NCBI GenBank assembly: GCA_965261395.1
Contig: OZ253462.1
Coordinates: forward strand, 256,001-320,000
Direction of reading: 5' to 3'
DNA length: 64,000 bases
From: Candidatus Latescibacterota bacterium
Lineage (GTDB): Bacteria; Latescibacterota; UBA2968; UBA8231
Below the pieces are notes generated by a model, which was not told the origin of the DNA, ran no database searches, and worked only from the letters and a program-made list of their open reading frames with translations. The translations under genes and the position numbers were made by a program. Of this stretch, positions 12,063-24,971 are shown piece by piece (position 1 is the stretch's first letter; each line of letters starts with the position of its first letter).

Positions 12063-13742
12063 CTACTGGTGCGGAATCACCGGCAAGAGTACATGAGACG
12101 GATGCGCTCTGGAGTGTTGCACCGTCTGTTGCGCGCTGCGCATTTCAGTGTCCGTACCGAGGTCGTTGCCGGTGTTGTGGTTTCTGTCGAAGCGCGGAAA
12201 ATTGGATGAAGACACTTCGATCCTGATCCTGTGCCCCTGCTTGAAGACATTGCCGGTGACGGCGAGATCAATCTCGTACTGGTACGTTTGATCGGGCTGG
12301 AGCAACTTGGGTGAGGTGAAGCCCTCGCGGTAGCGCGCCCGGACGATACCGTCGCAGAGATTCTTGGCGTATCCGCTGGTTGACACGTCCACCAGCTTGG
12401 CGGTCCAATCGGTATCTAGCCCGTCTGTAGCCGCGTATAGAACGAGCTTGATCGGCCCCGTTACCTCGAGGTCGGCTGCCAAAGGCTCGCTGGTGTAACA
12501 GAGCACGTCGCCCCTCATCTCCACATCGCGCTGGTCGTACGGCCCCCAAGGCACAATGTGGGGCGAGCAACAGTTGTTGCCGCCCACGGTCTGCACGGGA
12601 AAATCGGGATCGTACGCAAAGTGATCCGCAGGCTCGTCGCCCGGCTCAACCGGCGATAGACAGCCGTCGCCCAACAGCGAGTTGGCGTTTCCAGCAGAGT
12701 GCAGATACCACTTTTGCCAGTCGGTCCTAGCCAGCGGCCATTCGCACTCATCTCTCCATTCATTGACGCCCATTATGAAGAGCCGTAGCGGGGCCTCGCC
12801 GACGATACCGTTGTCAATGCCCCTCAGCCAATAATCAAACCAACGCAACTCCAACGCCTCCAAGTCGTACATCGAGTTCGCGCCGAAGTCGATGTCACCC
12901 GTCTTGGTAGAAACACTGAGCGCGTGCGGCCAAGGACCGACGATGAGCTGACTTTGTCTAGCTTCGGGCGTCCGCCCATGCAGCCTCAGACCGTTGAAGT
13001 TGATAAAGGTGTTGTGGGAGTAGAGGTCGTACCAGCCTCCCATTATCAGGGCGGGAGCCGCGATTTCGTCCCACTTATTCTCGACGTTGACCGAGTCCCA
13101 GTAGGAGTCGTATTCGGAGTGCGTTACCCAATCCCGCCAAAACTGTAGGGTTCGGCCCGCCTGTTGATCCATGTCGATGAGTGGGATCAAGCGAAAGGCC
13201 TCCGTCCAGTTGTGGTACTCAATGCTCTGAGCGGTGCGGCCATTGGTGCGCATCCCCCACGTGAGGGCGACGTTGAGTTGGAACGCCCCGCCGGGGTGAA
13301 TGAGGCCCGAGTACAGATCGCCGCACATGACCCTCGGTGCCATGCACGTCAGGTGCTGGCTGCGGTGAGGCGCGCTCTGCCACTGCACCCATCCGAGATA
13401 GGAGCCTCCGGCCATACCGATTTTGCCGTCGCTCCACTCCTGCTGACCAATCCATTCCTGCGTATCAAAACCATCCGGGCCGTGGTTGAACAGCGCGTAG
13501 TGAACGCCGTCGGAGTCCCAGCGGCCTCGCACGTCTTGGATGACGCAGGCATAGCCGTTATTGGCCAGCCGCATGGCCTTCTCGATCATGAGCGGCGTGT
13601 TGTTGTCGTACGGCGTGCGCATCAACACGGTCGGAAACCTACCCGATGCCCTCGGCAGATAGAGGTCGGAAGAAAGATCGACGCCGTCCCGCATCCGCGT
13701 TGGGACATTCAATCTCATATCGACTGCGTAATTTGGCTGCAT
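12063..13742 (-). CDS. CocE/NonD family serine hydrolase
   Basis: MRDGVDLSSDLYLP, RTPYD, QDVRGRWDSDG, GGSYLG nucleophile, GPWPH, SSSNFPRFDRN; start taken at MQPNY. Confidence 0.92.
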   Translation of the reverse strand: MQPNYAVDMRLNVPTRMRDGVDLSSDLYLPRASGRFPTVLMRTPYDNNTPLMIEKAMRLANNGYACVIQDVRGRWDSDGVHYALFNHGPDGFDTQEWIGQQEWSDGKIGMAGGSYLGWVQWQSAPHRSQHLTCMAPRVMCGDLYSGLIHPGGAFQLNVALTWGMRTNGRTAQSIEYHNWTEAFRLIPLIDMDQQAGRTLQFWRDWVTHSEYDSYWDSVNVENKWDEIAAPALIMGGWYDLYSHNTFINFNGLRLHGRTPEARQSQLIVGPWPHALSVSTKTGDIDFGANSMYDLEALELRWFDYWLRGIDNGIVGEAPLRLFIMGVNEWRDECEWPLARTDWQKWYLHSAGNANSLLGDGCLSPVEPGDEPADHFAYDPDFPVQTVGGNNCCSPHIVPWGPYDQRDVEMRGDVLCYTSEPLAADLEVTGPIKLVLYAATDGLDTDWTAKLVDVSTSGYAKNLCDGIVRARYREGFTSPKLLQPDQTYQYEIDLAVTGNVFKQGHRIRIEVSSSNFPRFDRNHNTGNDLGTDTEMRSAQQTVQHSRAHPSHVLLPVIPHQ

Positions 13743-13776
13743 AGTTGGCCCCGGTGGGTTGAAGAGTAGCCGTGCC

Positions 13777-14070
13777 CTACTGGTTGCGGATCGCTTCGAT
13801 TTTGGCGTCGCGCTCGGCAAAGAGTTCGTTGCGGACTTTGCTCATTTGCCCCTGCACTTGGCGACGCGCTGCGACGAGGGCCTGCGGGTCTGCGCCCGAG
13901 GCCTGTTCTAACAGCCCCTTGAGCGCGATCTCTTGCTCGGCCCACTTGGCCTCGTACTGCTTGCGCACTTGGTCTATGGCCTCTTTCTGCTCGTCTGTCA
14001 GCTTGATCCCCTCTGCGCCCCCGACCGCCTCGTTGGCCTTTTCCATGGCCAGTTCAAGTGCCGATTTCAT
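13777..14070 (-). CDS. Small helical hypothetical protein (MKSALELAMEK-type)
   Basis: RBS GGAGAG before the ATG at 14070; coiled-coil-like composition. Confidence 0.7.
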   Translation of the reverse strand: MKSALELAMEKANEAVGGAEGIKLTDEQKEAIDQVRKQYEAKWAEQEIALKGLLEQASGADPQALVAARRQVQGQMSKVRNELFAERDAKIEAIRNQ

Positions 14071-14225
14071 CGCAAACTCTCCTGTGTTGACATCGCCTGA
14101 TAACGGGCTTAACATCGGGAAAAAGATAGCGGCTGGCCGCAATCGCGACAAATTGCGTTATCCACCCTCTACTATCGAGCAGGCAGCGACCTGCCGCCCC
14201 AACTCACCACGCCAAAAGGAATCCC

Positions 14226-14669
14226 ATGTCCAAACAGTGGAAAGTCTATCTAGCCGGCGAGATTCACAGTGCCTGGCGCGAGCGCATCGCTCAAGCGGCC
14301 AGCGACCTACCGGTCGAGTTCACTGCTCCGGTCACCGATCACTCAGCCAGCGACAACTGCGGCATCGATATTCTCGGGCCGGAGGAAAGCAGCTTTTGGC
14401 AGGATCACAAAGGCGCTCAGCTCAATGCCATTCGCACCCGCACCCTAATCCGCGACGCCGACTTGGTGGTGGTGCGCTTCGGCGATCAGTACCGCCAGTG
14501 GAACGCGGCCTTTGACGCGGGATTTGCCGCCGCCTGTAACAAGCCGCTGATCATCCTCCATCCGCCCGAGTTGCAACACGCGCTCAAGGAGGTGGATGCA
14601 GCCGCGCTCGCCGTGGCGAGTGAGCCCGAGCAAGTCGCGGCCGTGCTGCGCTATGTCATCGAAGGGTAA
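14226..14669 (+). CDS. YtoQ family protein (nucleoside 2-deoxyribosyltransferase-like fold)
   Basis: VYLAGEIHSAWRE, VVVRFGDQYRQWNAAFDAG, HALKEVDAAA. Confidence 0.9.
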   Translation: MSKQWKVYLAGEIHSAWRERIAQAASDLPVEFTAPVTDHSASDNCGIDILGPEESSFWQDHKGAQLNAIRTRTLIRDADLVVVRFGDQYRQWNAAFDAGFAAACNKPLIILHPPELQHALKEVDAAALAVASEPEQVAAVLRYVIEG

Positions 14670-14675
14670 AACAGG

Positions 14676-17225
14676 TCAGCGCAGCAAGATCATCTTGTGC
14701 TGCGCGCGGTAGGAATCGGCTTTGAGCGCGTAGAAGTAGAGGCCGCTCCGGTAGCCGGTCGCGTCCCATTCCACCTCGTGCCGCCCCGGCGGCATCCGCC
14801 TCTCCACCAGCCGCGCGACCTCCTGCCCCAAGACGTTGTACACTGTTAGTTGCACTAAGCTGGCCATGGGCAAATCGAAGCGGATTTTGGTCGTCGGATT
14901 GAACGGGTTGGGCGCGTTGGGGTGCAGGGCGTAGCGCTCGGGACGCGGTTGCGCTCCCTTTTGCGCTTCGACGTGCTGGTCAGATCCCAATTCCAGCGTC
15001 CCCTCGCCCGCTAGCTCCAACACGATCATCTCGCCTTCAACGGCTGTACCCAGCCATGTGCCACCGAGCAAGCGAGCCGCAGTCCACTCATTCCCCGCAT
15101 GGGGTATTTTTAACTGGTAGCCCGCGCCGGGACCGCGCACAAAACCCCCAAAGTCGTCTCGCTCCATGCTCACGTCTATCATTTCGCTGGCCCGGAAGAC
15201 CGTCTCGCCGTCGGCCAAAAGGTAGGTCGCGTCTTGGGCTGCAAAGCGGGTGAGCTGGCCATCGACATAGCGCACGTAGCCGAAGCGGGCGTCGCTGACT
15301 AAGTGGGCATCCGGCCCGGATACAGTGCCCTCGGACGCATTGCTACTGCGCAGCCAAGCCAAATCCCGCACTCCGGCCAACGTCACCACGGCCGCCTCGG
15401 CTCCTTGCGCGGATGCAGTCTCAAACGCCGGCTCGGCCTCCCCAATCGCCCGCGGATACAGCACTGCTAGGTACCGCCCATCGACGCCCTCTTGCTGCAC
15501 CCGCAACACTGTGTGGGTCTGCTCTTGGCGATAGTCAAAGGAGTGTATCGCCTCGCTCTCCAGCGCAACCCGGCCGGGCTGATCGGGCAAAAACGCCAGC
15601 AACTCGGCTTTTTCCTGCGTCCACCGCGCCAAGTTGCCAGCGCGGGCATACGCGCCCCCGCTGGTGCCGCCGCCGTTGCCGTGCAGCCGCCACTCGTAGG
15701 TGTGGCGACGGCCCGGATCGTCGATCTCGTCGGCCACGAAGAAGTACCTGTGGTCGGCAAAAAAGACCCGCCGCCTTAGCTCGACACCCCGGTAGGCAGT
15801 GCAGACTTCCGCGTAGTCGCCAGCGGCACTGGTGAAGAATGCCTCGATAAAAGCGTCGTTGCGGTCGCCGATGGTCCCCACCACGGGCAAAATCCGGCGC
15901 GGCGGCCCATTGCCATCGACCAGCACCACGTTGTGATTGCGGCCTTTGTTGACCTTGTCGTGGTTGTCAAAATTGATGTAACCCGCATCTACGGCCAGCA
16001 TCTCGCCGCCGGCGTAGAGCACAAAGCTGGTCCCGTCGGGGTGCTCGTGCGCGAACCCATGCTCGCGTGCCGTGCCGTTTTCGCCGCGCAAGAGCATATA
16101 GGTAGCTGTGGCCGACCAGTCGCTGCGGAAAACGGCGTCTCCAGCCCCCGGCATAAAAACCGACGGACCGTGCGTCGGCTCTTGCGCGGGCACGCTGTCG
16201 TCGTACAGGGCGATGGCGTCCATCTCGGCAAACTGGCGCACATACAGGCCGCGCTCGTTGTTTTCCCAGTCCCAGCGATGAACCCCGCCGTTGGCTTGCA
16301 CGGCCGCGAGGTAATGCCCGTAGAAATCGTCCAAGTGGCCGTCGTCGATGTTGGGACGCCGGCCATTGGGCAGCCGCAGGTTCAGGGACCACTCGTGCAT
16401 CTTCTCGATCTTGGGATCGGCAAACAAGTCCAAGCCGGTGCGGTTCTTGAGCGCAAACAAGTAGGGCAAATAAACATCCGCAGCGTAGCGGCTGTAGAAC
16501 GGTCCCTCCGCGTACCCCCCGTCCCGCCCTTCGATCTGGAAATCGAGGCTGCTGGAGACCATCTCCAAGGCGCGGTCAGCCCATTCCTGCGGCGTGCCCT
16601 CGCCGCTGGTGTACTCGCTCAAGGCCATGGCCGCCAGCCCGAGGCCGCCGTATGTGCGGATGTGCCAGTTGTCGAGATGCGGAGTCTCGTGCAAGCGAAT
16701 TTTGACCTTGAACGGCCCCAACCCCACCTTGCCAATCACGATGCCCTTCCACAGGCGATCGGCTTCCTCGCCGAGAATCGACCGCATCGCTTGCAGGGCC
16801 TGGGGGTCGTTGGCCGCAGCATAGGCGTGCAGGATATCGTAGGCCACGGCGTACTGGGCCACGACCTCGCCCTCGTTGTGCGGCTCGCCCAAATCGCCTC
16901 CTCGCGGCGGGAACGCCACCCCCTGCATCACTGCCAACGCGCGCTCGGCAAACGCGGCATTGTCGGTCATCAGCCAAGCGAAGGCAAGGGACTTGGCGTA
17001 GCGGACCTCGGCGCGCTCGTCAACAAAGGTCGCCGGGGCGTTTCGCGCCCGCTGCAACACGATCTGCCACCACGTGGTATATGGTTCGCGCTGGATGCGC
17101 TCTTTGAGCAGGGAAATATCTTCGGCGGAAAAAAGCAGGCCCGGATGCACTTCGGCAGATAGCGTCTGCGCGGCAGCGCCCATCGGCACAAGAGCCAAGG
17201 TGGCGCAAAGGGCCAAGGCGATCAT
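14676..17225 (-). CDS. Secreted heparinase II/III-like polysaccharide lyase with C-terminal T9SS-type/FlgD-Ig sorting-like domain
   Basis: Signal peptide, HPGLLF, DNWHI, DGGYAEGPFY, HEHPD...HNVVLVDG, C-terminal LHPNAPNPFNPTTKIRFDLP...SGLYFYAL...KMILLR. Confidence 0.78.
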   Translation of the reverse strand: MIALALCATLALVPMGAAAQTLSAEVHPGLLFSAEDISLLKERIQREPYTTWWQIVLQRARNAPATFVDERAEVRYAKSLAFAWLMTDNAAFAERALAVMQGVAFPPRGGDLGEPHNEGEVVAQYAVAYDILHAYAAANDPQALQAMRSILGEEADRLWKGIVIGKVGLGPFKVKIRLHETPHLDNWHIRTYGGLGLAAMALSEYTSGEGTPQEWADRALEMVSSSLDFQIEGRDGGYAEGPFYSRYAADVYLPYLFALKNRTGLDLFADPKIEKMHEWSLNLRLPNGRRPNIDDGHLDDFYGHYLAAVQANGGVHRWDWENNERGLYVRQFAEMDAIALYDDSVPAQEPTHGPSVFMPGAGDAVFRSDWSATATYMLLRGENGTAREHGFAHEHPDGTSFVLYAGGEMLAVDAGYINFDNHDKVNKGRNHNVVLVDGNGPPRRILPVVGTIGDRNDAFIEAFFTSAAGDYAEVCTAYRGVELRRRVFFADHRYFFVADEIDDPGRRHTYEWRLHGNGGGTSGGAYARAGNLARWTQEKAELLAFLPDQPGRVALESEAIHSFDYRQEQTHTVLRVQQEGVDGRYLAVLYPRAIGEAEPAFETASAQGAEAAVVTLAGVRDLAWLRSSNASEGTVSGPDAHLVSDARFGYVRYVDGQLTRFAAQDATYLLADGETVFRASEMIDVSMERDDFGGFVRGPGAGYQLKIPHAGNEWTAARLLGGTWLGTAVEGEMIVLELAGEGTLELGSDQHVEAQKGAQPRPERYALHPNAPNPFNPTTKIRFDLPMASLVQLTVYNVLGQEVARLVERRMPPGRHEVEWDATGYRSGLYFYALKADSYRAQHKMILLR

Positions 17226-17232
17226 AAGACTT

Positions 17233-17865
17233 CTAAAAGACGTGGCGTAAATCAAAGCCCCACAGTATGCCCAAGGTGACGTAGCCCTTGCCGACTAGGA
17301 TCTTGAAGCCGCCGACGATCCGACCCGGAGCATCGAAAAACAACCCCAAGGTCCCATACGCCGTCCCTGGGTTTAGATGGCGGTAGCCCAATCCGGCGAA
17401 CAGCTTGCCCGGTCGGCCGGTAATCCACACTTCGTCGAGGACAATATAGGCCAGATCCGCACTGAGCGAGCGGAGCCAATCCGTGCCGCCCGAGCAGCGG
17501 TAGTCCGCCACGCGGTATCCAGTCCGACTATCGTAGCAGTAGCTGCGGGTGGGATAGGGCCGGATGTAACGCGGGTCGTAATCGTCGCCTTCATGAAAGC
17601 TCACATCGAGCATATTGGCCGAGCAGATGAGGCGCAAGCGGTTGAAGACAGCCCTAAACCCCAAGGGGACGCGCACGCCCGCGCCGCGATGATCCAAATT
17701 GATGAAACCTAGGCCTACCGCAGCATAGTATCCGTCGCGCTGCCGCTTGGGGACCTCTTCGGGCACGGCGTCTTGGATGCGCACGGCCTCGGCTCCGCTC
17801 GCCAACAGCAAGCCGATCCAGATGAGCTGTATGTATGCGCGCTGTATCACCCGTTCGTCCTCCAC
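17233..17865 (-). CDS. Hypothetical protein, probably exported/outer-membrane
   Basis: 210 aa, hydrophobic N-terminus, alternating beta-strand pattern, terminal Phe. Confidence 0.55.
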   Translation of the reverse strand: MEDERVIQRAYIQLIWIGLLLASGAEAVRIQDAVPEEVPKRQRDGYYAAVGLGFINLDHRGAGVRVPLGFRAVFNRLRLICSANMLDVSFHEGDDYDPRYIRPYPTRSYCYDSRTGYRVADYRCSGGTDWLRSLSADLAYIVLDEVWITGRPGKLFAGLGYRHLNPGTAYGTLGLFFDAPGRIVGGFKILVGKGYVTLGILWGFDLRHVF

Positions 17866-17932
17866 CTATACCTATACAGATGCTGTTCTTTACAGTATAT
17901 GAATGGGACGACGGATGTTCAACGCCACGGCA

Positions 17933-18592
17933 TCAGTGCGGAGGTTGAAAAAGATCTAATTGCAGATTGTACAATTTGCATATTTGCGCTAAAAATTGTG
18001 TCCGTCCACCATAGCTAGGGTGCCGTACTTGGATGACTCTATGCTGATATCCCAAGCGATGTACTGTTCCTGCCGCATCATTCCCAATCGCAACTAGTCG
18101 GCGCGGCTTTAGAAGAAGGATGAGTTGAGAGAGAAATTCCTCCCCGGTCCTGCGCTCAAGAAAATTATGAGATCGATTGCTGAAAGGATTACCGGGTTCG
18201 TGAGGGTGTAATGGGAAGACATTCCACAAAAAGACGGATACTTCGATTTGTGAGAGAACGCTCCAGATAACAGCAGCCGTCCTCTCAGCAGCTACGTCAC
18301 CTTTTGTTGGCCTCTGAATAGATAACCCCCACCTTGCTGCGTACTCGTGAACATGCACGTCATCTGTTAAGGCAAGCCCTGTTCGCCTACCGCCGCGATA
18401 GCCAAGATCGCGTCCAATCCATATAGAATCAATATCCTGTTTTGTTGCAGCCTCAAGTACAGTCAATAACGTTTGTAAACGACGTTGCGGTGCATCATCT
18501 AGATCGTGAACGACACAGCGATTTGAATAAGGGTTAAAGGAATTCTCAAATTTCAGCTTACTCAATGCCTCCACAAATTGCACCGGGTCCAT
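17933..18592 (-). CDS. Uracil-DNA glycosylase-like superfamily protein
   Basis: FNPY, IWIGRDLGYRGGRRTGLALTD, ERTAAVIW, LWNVFPLHPH, VAIGNDA, VRHPSYGG. Confidence 0.85.
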   Translation of the reverse strand: MDPVQFVEALSKLKFENSFNPYSNRCVVHDLDDAPQRRLQTLLTVLEAATKQDIDSIWIGRDLGYRGGRRTGLALTDDVHVHEYAARWGLSIQRPTKGDVAAERTAAVIWSVLSQIEVSVFLWNVFPLHPHEPGNPFSNRSHNFLERRTGEEFLSQLILLLKPRRLVAIGNDAAGTVHRLGYQHRVIQVRHPSYGGRTQFLAQICKLYNLQLDLFQPPH

Positions 18593-18661
18593 GCTCTATT
18601 CTCCATCAAAGGATATCTCCGTTTCAAATCCGGCAATTCGCACCTGTCGTGGGGGCATGGC

Positions 18662-19243
18662 CTATGGATTTTCTATTGACGCCATAAATTCTGAGCCGTT
18701 GGCGCATGTTCCGCCTGTGCTTGGAGCGAGTGCCCCGTCGTGGATCATTATGGCCCAGCGAAGCTCTTGGAACGACGCAACGAGATATTCAAACAGCTTG
18801 TCTAGGCGTTCCAAGTCTGCGAAGACCTCGGCTCCATATGCTTCTGATCCCCCTGTTCGCTGCAAAGCGTCCCGAACATCGCGCAGTTCTTCCCTTTCCT
18901 TGCGGAAGTATTCCTCGCTTTTCTCCAACTCCGGTACTGCGATGTCGTCAGGGTCCATTTCCCGGCCCGGAGGAAAATCTTCAGCCGCTCTCTGGAGTCT
19001 CTCCTGAAAAGTGGAACAGACAGTGGCTACGGAATCGTGCCGTTCACGAAAGCTTTCGGTTAATAATTTTATTGCGCCTTGCAATTTGTCCTTGTCTTGG
19101 TTCGCGAGCAGGTCTGCGAGCCAGTTCTGGTTTGGCGCTTCTGATTGTTTTGGAGGCCGCGCCAACCAGATCAATGTTCCGGCGACGTTGCGGACAGTTT
19201 CGCCGCTGAATTCAGCAATTTTTTGTTGAGTGGCCATATTCAA
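18662..19243 (-). CDS. Hypothetical helical protein
   Basis: 193 aa ORF co-oriented with the UDG-like gene; no recognised motif. Confidence 0.55.
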   Translation of the reverse strand: MNMATQQKIAEFSGETVRNVAGTLIWLARPPKQSEAPNQNWLADLLANQDKDKLQGAIKLLTESFRERHDSVATVCSTFQERLQRAAEDFPPGREMDPDDIAVPELEKSEEYFRKEREELRDVRDALQRTGGSEAYGAEVFADLERLDKLFEYLVASFQELRWAIMIHDGALAPSTGGTCANGSEFMASIENP

Positions 19244-19400
19244 ACTCGCTTTCCGAAGTCCACTATTCGACTCTCAGGCTAAATTAATGACACGGCATGT
19301 CGGTGCAAGGATGATGACGAAGCGAATGGCGTGGCGCGCATCGCAATCGGCAAGCCGCCCGCGTCTTGCTCTCTCTACCACGCCCCGTATTTTACCCTAC

Positions 19401-20237
19401 ATGATCCGCAAGGTACAGTCCACCGCCATCGCCCTGCTCTTGGCAACCCATGCTAGTTGTCTGGCCCCGTCTGACGACGGCGCTGAACCCGCTGTCCTCC
19501 AACCGCAAAAGCCCGCTGAAATCCCTACGTATTCCTACCGAGTCGTCTGCGCCTTCCCTCACGACCCCACAGCCTTCACCCAAGGCCTGCTCTACGACAA
19601 CGGCTTCCTCTACGAAAGCACCGGCCAGTACGGCCAGTCAACCCTGCGCAAGGTCGAGCTCGAAACCGGGACCGTCGTGCAGATCCACCAGCTAGACGAG
19701 CGCTTCTTCGCCGAGGGACTTGCCCTCTTCGGCAATCGCCTCCTCCAGCTAACTTGGCGGGCCAACAAGGGCTTTGCCTATAATCTCGATTCATTTGAGC
19801 CGCTAGCGGAGTTCGCCTATCCCACCGAGGGCTGGGGGCTGACGTACGACGGCGAACTACTCGTTATGAGCGATGGCAGCGCGACCCTGTACTTCCGCGA
19901 TCCGTTTACCTTTGCCGAAGTGAGCCGGGTCGCTGTGGTGGCCCACGGCAGCCCCGTATCTCAGCTCAACGAACTCGAATGGGTCGCCGGCGAGGTCTTT
20001 GCCAATATCTGGCAGACCGACACCATTGCCCGCATCGACCCGGCGAGCGGCCAAGTCGCAGGGTGGATAGACCTGACCGGGCTGCTAAGCGACGCAGACC
20101 GCCGTGGCTCCAACGCCGAAGTGCTCAATGGCATTGCCTACGACCCCGAGGGCGAGCGGCTGTTCGTCACCGGCAAGTGGTGGCCCAAGCTCTACCAAAT
20201 CGAACTCGTATCCCCTTCACCAAGAGGTACCCCATGA
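19401..20237 (+). CDS. Glutaminyl-peptide cyclotransferase (lipoprotein-like)
   Basis: FPHDPTAFTQGL, ESTGQYGQS, FAEGL, EGWGLT, LNELEW, VLNGIAYD, VTGKWWP. Confidence 0.93.
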   Translation: MIRKVQSTAIALLLATHASCLAPSDDGAEPAVLQPQKPAEIPTYSYRVVCAFPHDPTAFTQGLLYDNGFLYESTGQYGQSTLRKVELETGTVVQIHQLDERFFAEGLALFGNRLLQLTWRANKGFAYNLDSFEPLAEFAYPTEGWGLTYDGELLVMSDGSATLYFRDPFTFAEVSRVAVVAHGSPVSQLNELEWVAGEVFANIWQTDTIARIDPASGQVAGWIDLTGLLSDADRRGSNAEVLNGIAYDPEGERLFVTGKWWPKLYQIELVSPSPRGTP

Positions 20238-20749
20238 CCCAAGACCGCGTTCCCGTGTGCATCGCCGTGCTCACGGTCTCCGACACCCGTGACGAAGCAA
20301 CCGACAAGTCCGGCAAGCTGCTGGTCGAGCGCCTCGAAGCGGCCGGCCACATCCTGCACGAAAAGCAAATCCTGCCCGACGACATCTATCAGCTCCGCGC
20401 CCAAGTCTCGCAGTGGATCGCCGAGCCCCGCGTCCAAGCCATCGTCACCACCGGTGGCACCGGCCTCACCGGCCGCGACGGCACGCCCGAGGCCGTCAGC
20501 GTACTCTTTGACAAGGAAATCGAGGGCTTTGGCGAAGTCTTTCGCATGCTGTCCTACGACGAGATCGGCACTGCGACCTTGCAGTCGCGCTGCATAGCCG
20601 GCGTCGCCAACAGCACCTATATCTTCTGCTTGCCCGGCTCCTCGGGGGCTTGCGCCACCGGCTGGGACAAGCTCATCGGGCCGCAGCTAGATTCCACCAA
20701 CCAGCCCTGTAACCTCGTCGATCTGATGCCGAGATTGTCCGAAACTTAG
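20234..20749 (+). CDS. moaB: Molybdenum cofactor biosynthesis protein B
   Basis: IAVLTVSDTR...DKSG, TTGGTGLTGRDGTPEA, FCLPGSSGAC; ATG overlaps the upstream stop (ATGA). Confidence 0.95.
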   Translation: MTQDRVPVCIAVLTVSDTRDEATDKSGKLLVERLEAAGHILHEKQILPDDIYQLRAQVSQWIAEPRVQAIVTTGGTGLTGRDGTPEAVSVLFDKEIEGFGEVFRMLSYDEIGTATLQSRCIAGVANSTYIFCLPGSSGACATGWDKLIGPQLDSTNQPCNLVDLMPRLSET

Positions 20750-20781
20750 ACGAGAGGGGCTACGTGGTCTTTCAAAAAAGT

Positions 20782-20808
20782 GTCATTCCCGCGAAAGCGG
20801 GAATCCAG
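20782..20808. repeat. REP-like palindrome GTCATTCCCGCGAAAGCGGGAATCCAG
   Basis: ATTCCCGC-GAAA-GCGGGAAT hairpin between convergent moaB and uvrA; resembles the widespread ATTCCC-N8-GGGAAT (dRS3-like) repeat. Confidence 0.7.
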
Positions 20809-20851
20809 TTTTGTTAGGGCCTCTTAATTGAAAGACCTCTACGCGCCCAGC

Positions 20852-23725
<2,874 letters not shown>

Positions 23726-23743
23726 AGTGTGTGCCCTCTTGCG

Positions 23744-24682
23744 TTAGTGCAGGCCCCAATCGGACCCGTCGCCGTCGTAGTGATAGGCCGCTTCCTGTAG
23801 CTCTATGCGGCTCTTTTCGGTGAGGCGCAGCGGCGCCGACATCTTTTGCAGCAAGCCCTTTTCAACCAGCCACTCGCAGGCAAAGTCCGCGCCTTCCATC
23901 TTGAAGTGCTCCTCTATTTCCGACACCGTGCGCATGGCCTCGGCCTCCTCCAAATAGTCGATCAGGGGCTGGAACAGGTCCCAGAGGTGGTCGTTGAGGT
24001 AGGTCTCTACGCGCTGGAGGGCCACCTTGAGGGTGCGGGCACTTTTTTTGGCGGCGATGAGATCTGTGTAGATGGCGTTGAAGAACTCGGGATTAAAGGC
24101 GAGGGCTTGGTGAATGACCTCGCGGCCTGGGGCTTGGCCGTTGAGGATGCACTCGACGCTGGCGAGCTGGTCGGCCACGTTGAGGAGCCACAGGAAGCTG
24201 TAGTTGTAGTCCTTCTTCACCTGGTACCACTTCTGGGCTTTGGCCAAGGTGGCCAACAGCGGAAGGGCGCGCCGCAGCAACTGGTAGTCGCGGTCGCGCG
24301 CGCCAATGCGCTCGGCGTCTTGGTACCACGCGGCAATGGACTCGTCTTTGGAGAACAGGAGGGTGCTGTGGGCGAAGGTAAAGTCGAGCCAACCGCCTTG
24401 GCGCGAGCCTTCTATGTTCAACTGGAAACGCTTGCGCGGGATGAGGTTGGCGTGGATGATGACGCTTTCTTCGGTGAGGCAGTGGTCCTCATAGCGCCGC
24501 ACCTTGGGGTCGTCGGCCATGACGATCCACAAGTCGATGTCGGACTTCTCCCAAACTTGGTCGTACGAATAGGAACCATAGACGATGGCGGCCAAGACCG
24601 TGCGGTCTTGTTGGAGCTTTTGGGTCAAGGCGTCGAGCGCCCGGCGATAGCGCTCTTGGACTGCTTGCTGAGACCGAGACAT
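23744..24682 (-). CDS. Nucleotidyltransferase (Pol-beta superfamily) domain protein
   Basis: [26 protein letters not shown] (GS...DxD) followed by a helical domain; start taken at MSRSQQ. Confidence 0.75.
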   Translation of the reverse strand: MSRSQQAVQERYRRALDALTQKLQQDRTVLAAIVYGSYSYDQVWEKSDIDLWIVMADDPKVRRYEDHCLTEESVIIHANLIPRKRFQLNIEGSRQGGWLDFTFAHSTLLFSKDESIAAWYQDAERIGARDRDYQLLRRALPLLATLAKAQKWYQVKKDYNYSFLWLLNVADQLASVECILNGQAPGREVIHQALAFNPEFFNAIYTDLIAAKKSARTLKVALQRVETYLNDHLWDLFQPLIDYLEEAEAMRTVSEIEEHFKMEGADFACEWLVEKGLLQKMSAPLRLTEKSRIELQEAAYHYDGDGSDWGLH

Positions 24683-24904
24683 GGCAGTTCCTGACGAGGA
24701 AATCAACGTGTGAGCGGCACAAAATATACTGAACATACGTATAGTTGTCAAGCTGCCGCACGCTAAACACGCCGAGCGATTCGAGGTAGGGACGAGCATC
24801 TTGTGGTTAAGCAAATAACGGCGGATATGAGGATCTACTGCGTGGTATCTTCTCGGGCGTCCGTGAGCCGCATTATATATAAAGGATAGAGAAGCTGTTT
24901 TTCT

Positions 24905-24938
24905 GAGCCGCCCGCTTGCGAGCGCAGGCGGCTTTTTG
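24905..24938 (+). terminator. Intrinsic terminator-like hairpin
   Basis: GAGCCGCC...GGCGGCTT stem followed by TTTTTG. Confidence 0.5.
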
Positions 24939-24966
24939 TTGACAATGGGAATAGCCGTCCTATTTT
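24939..24966 (+). promoter_or_regulatory. Sigma70-like promoter in front of the candidate ncRNA
   Basis: TTGACA -16 nt- TATTTT, putting +1 near 24972. Confidence 0.45.
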
Positions 24967-24971
24967 TATTC

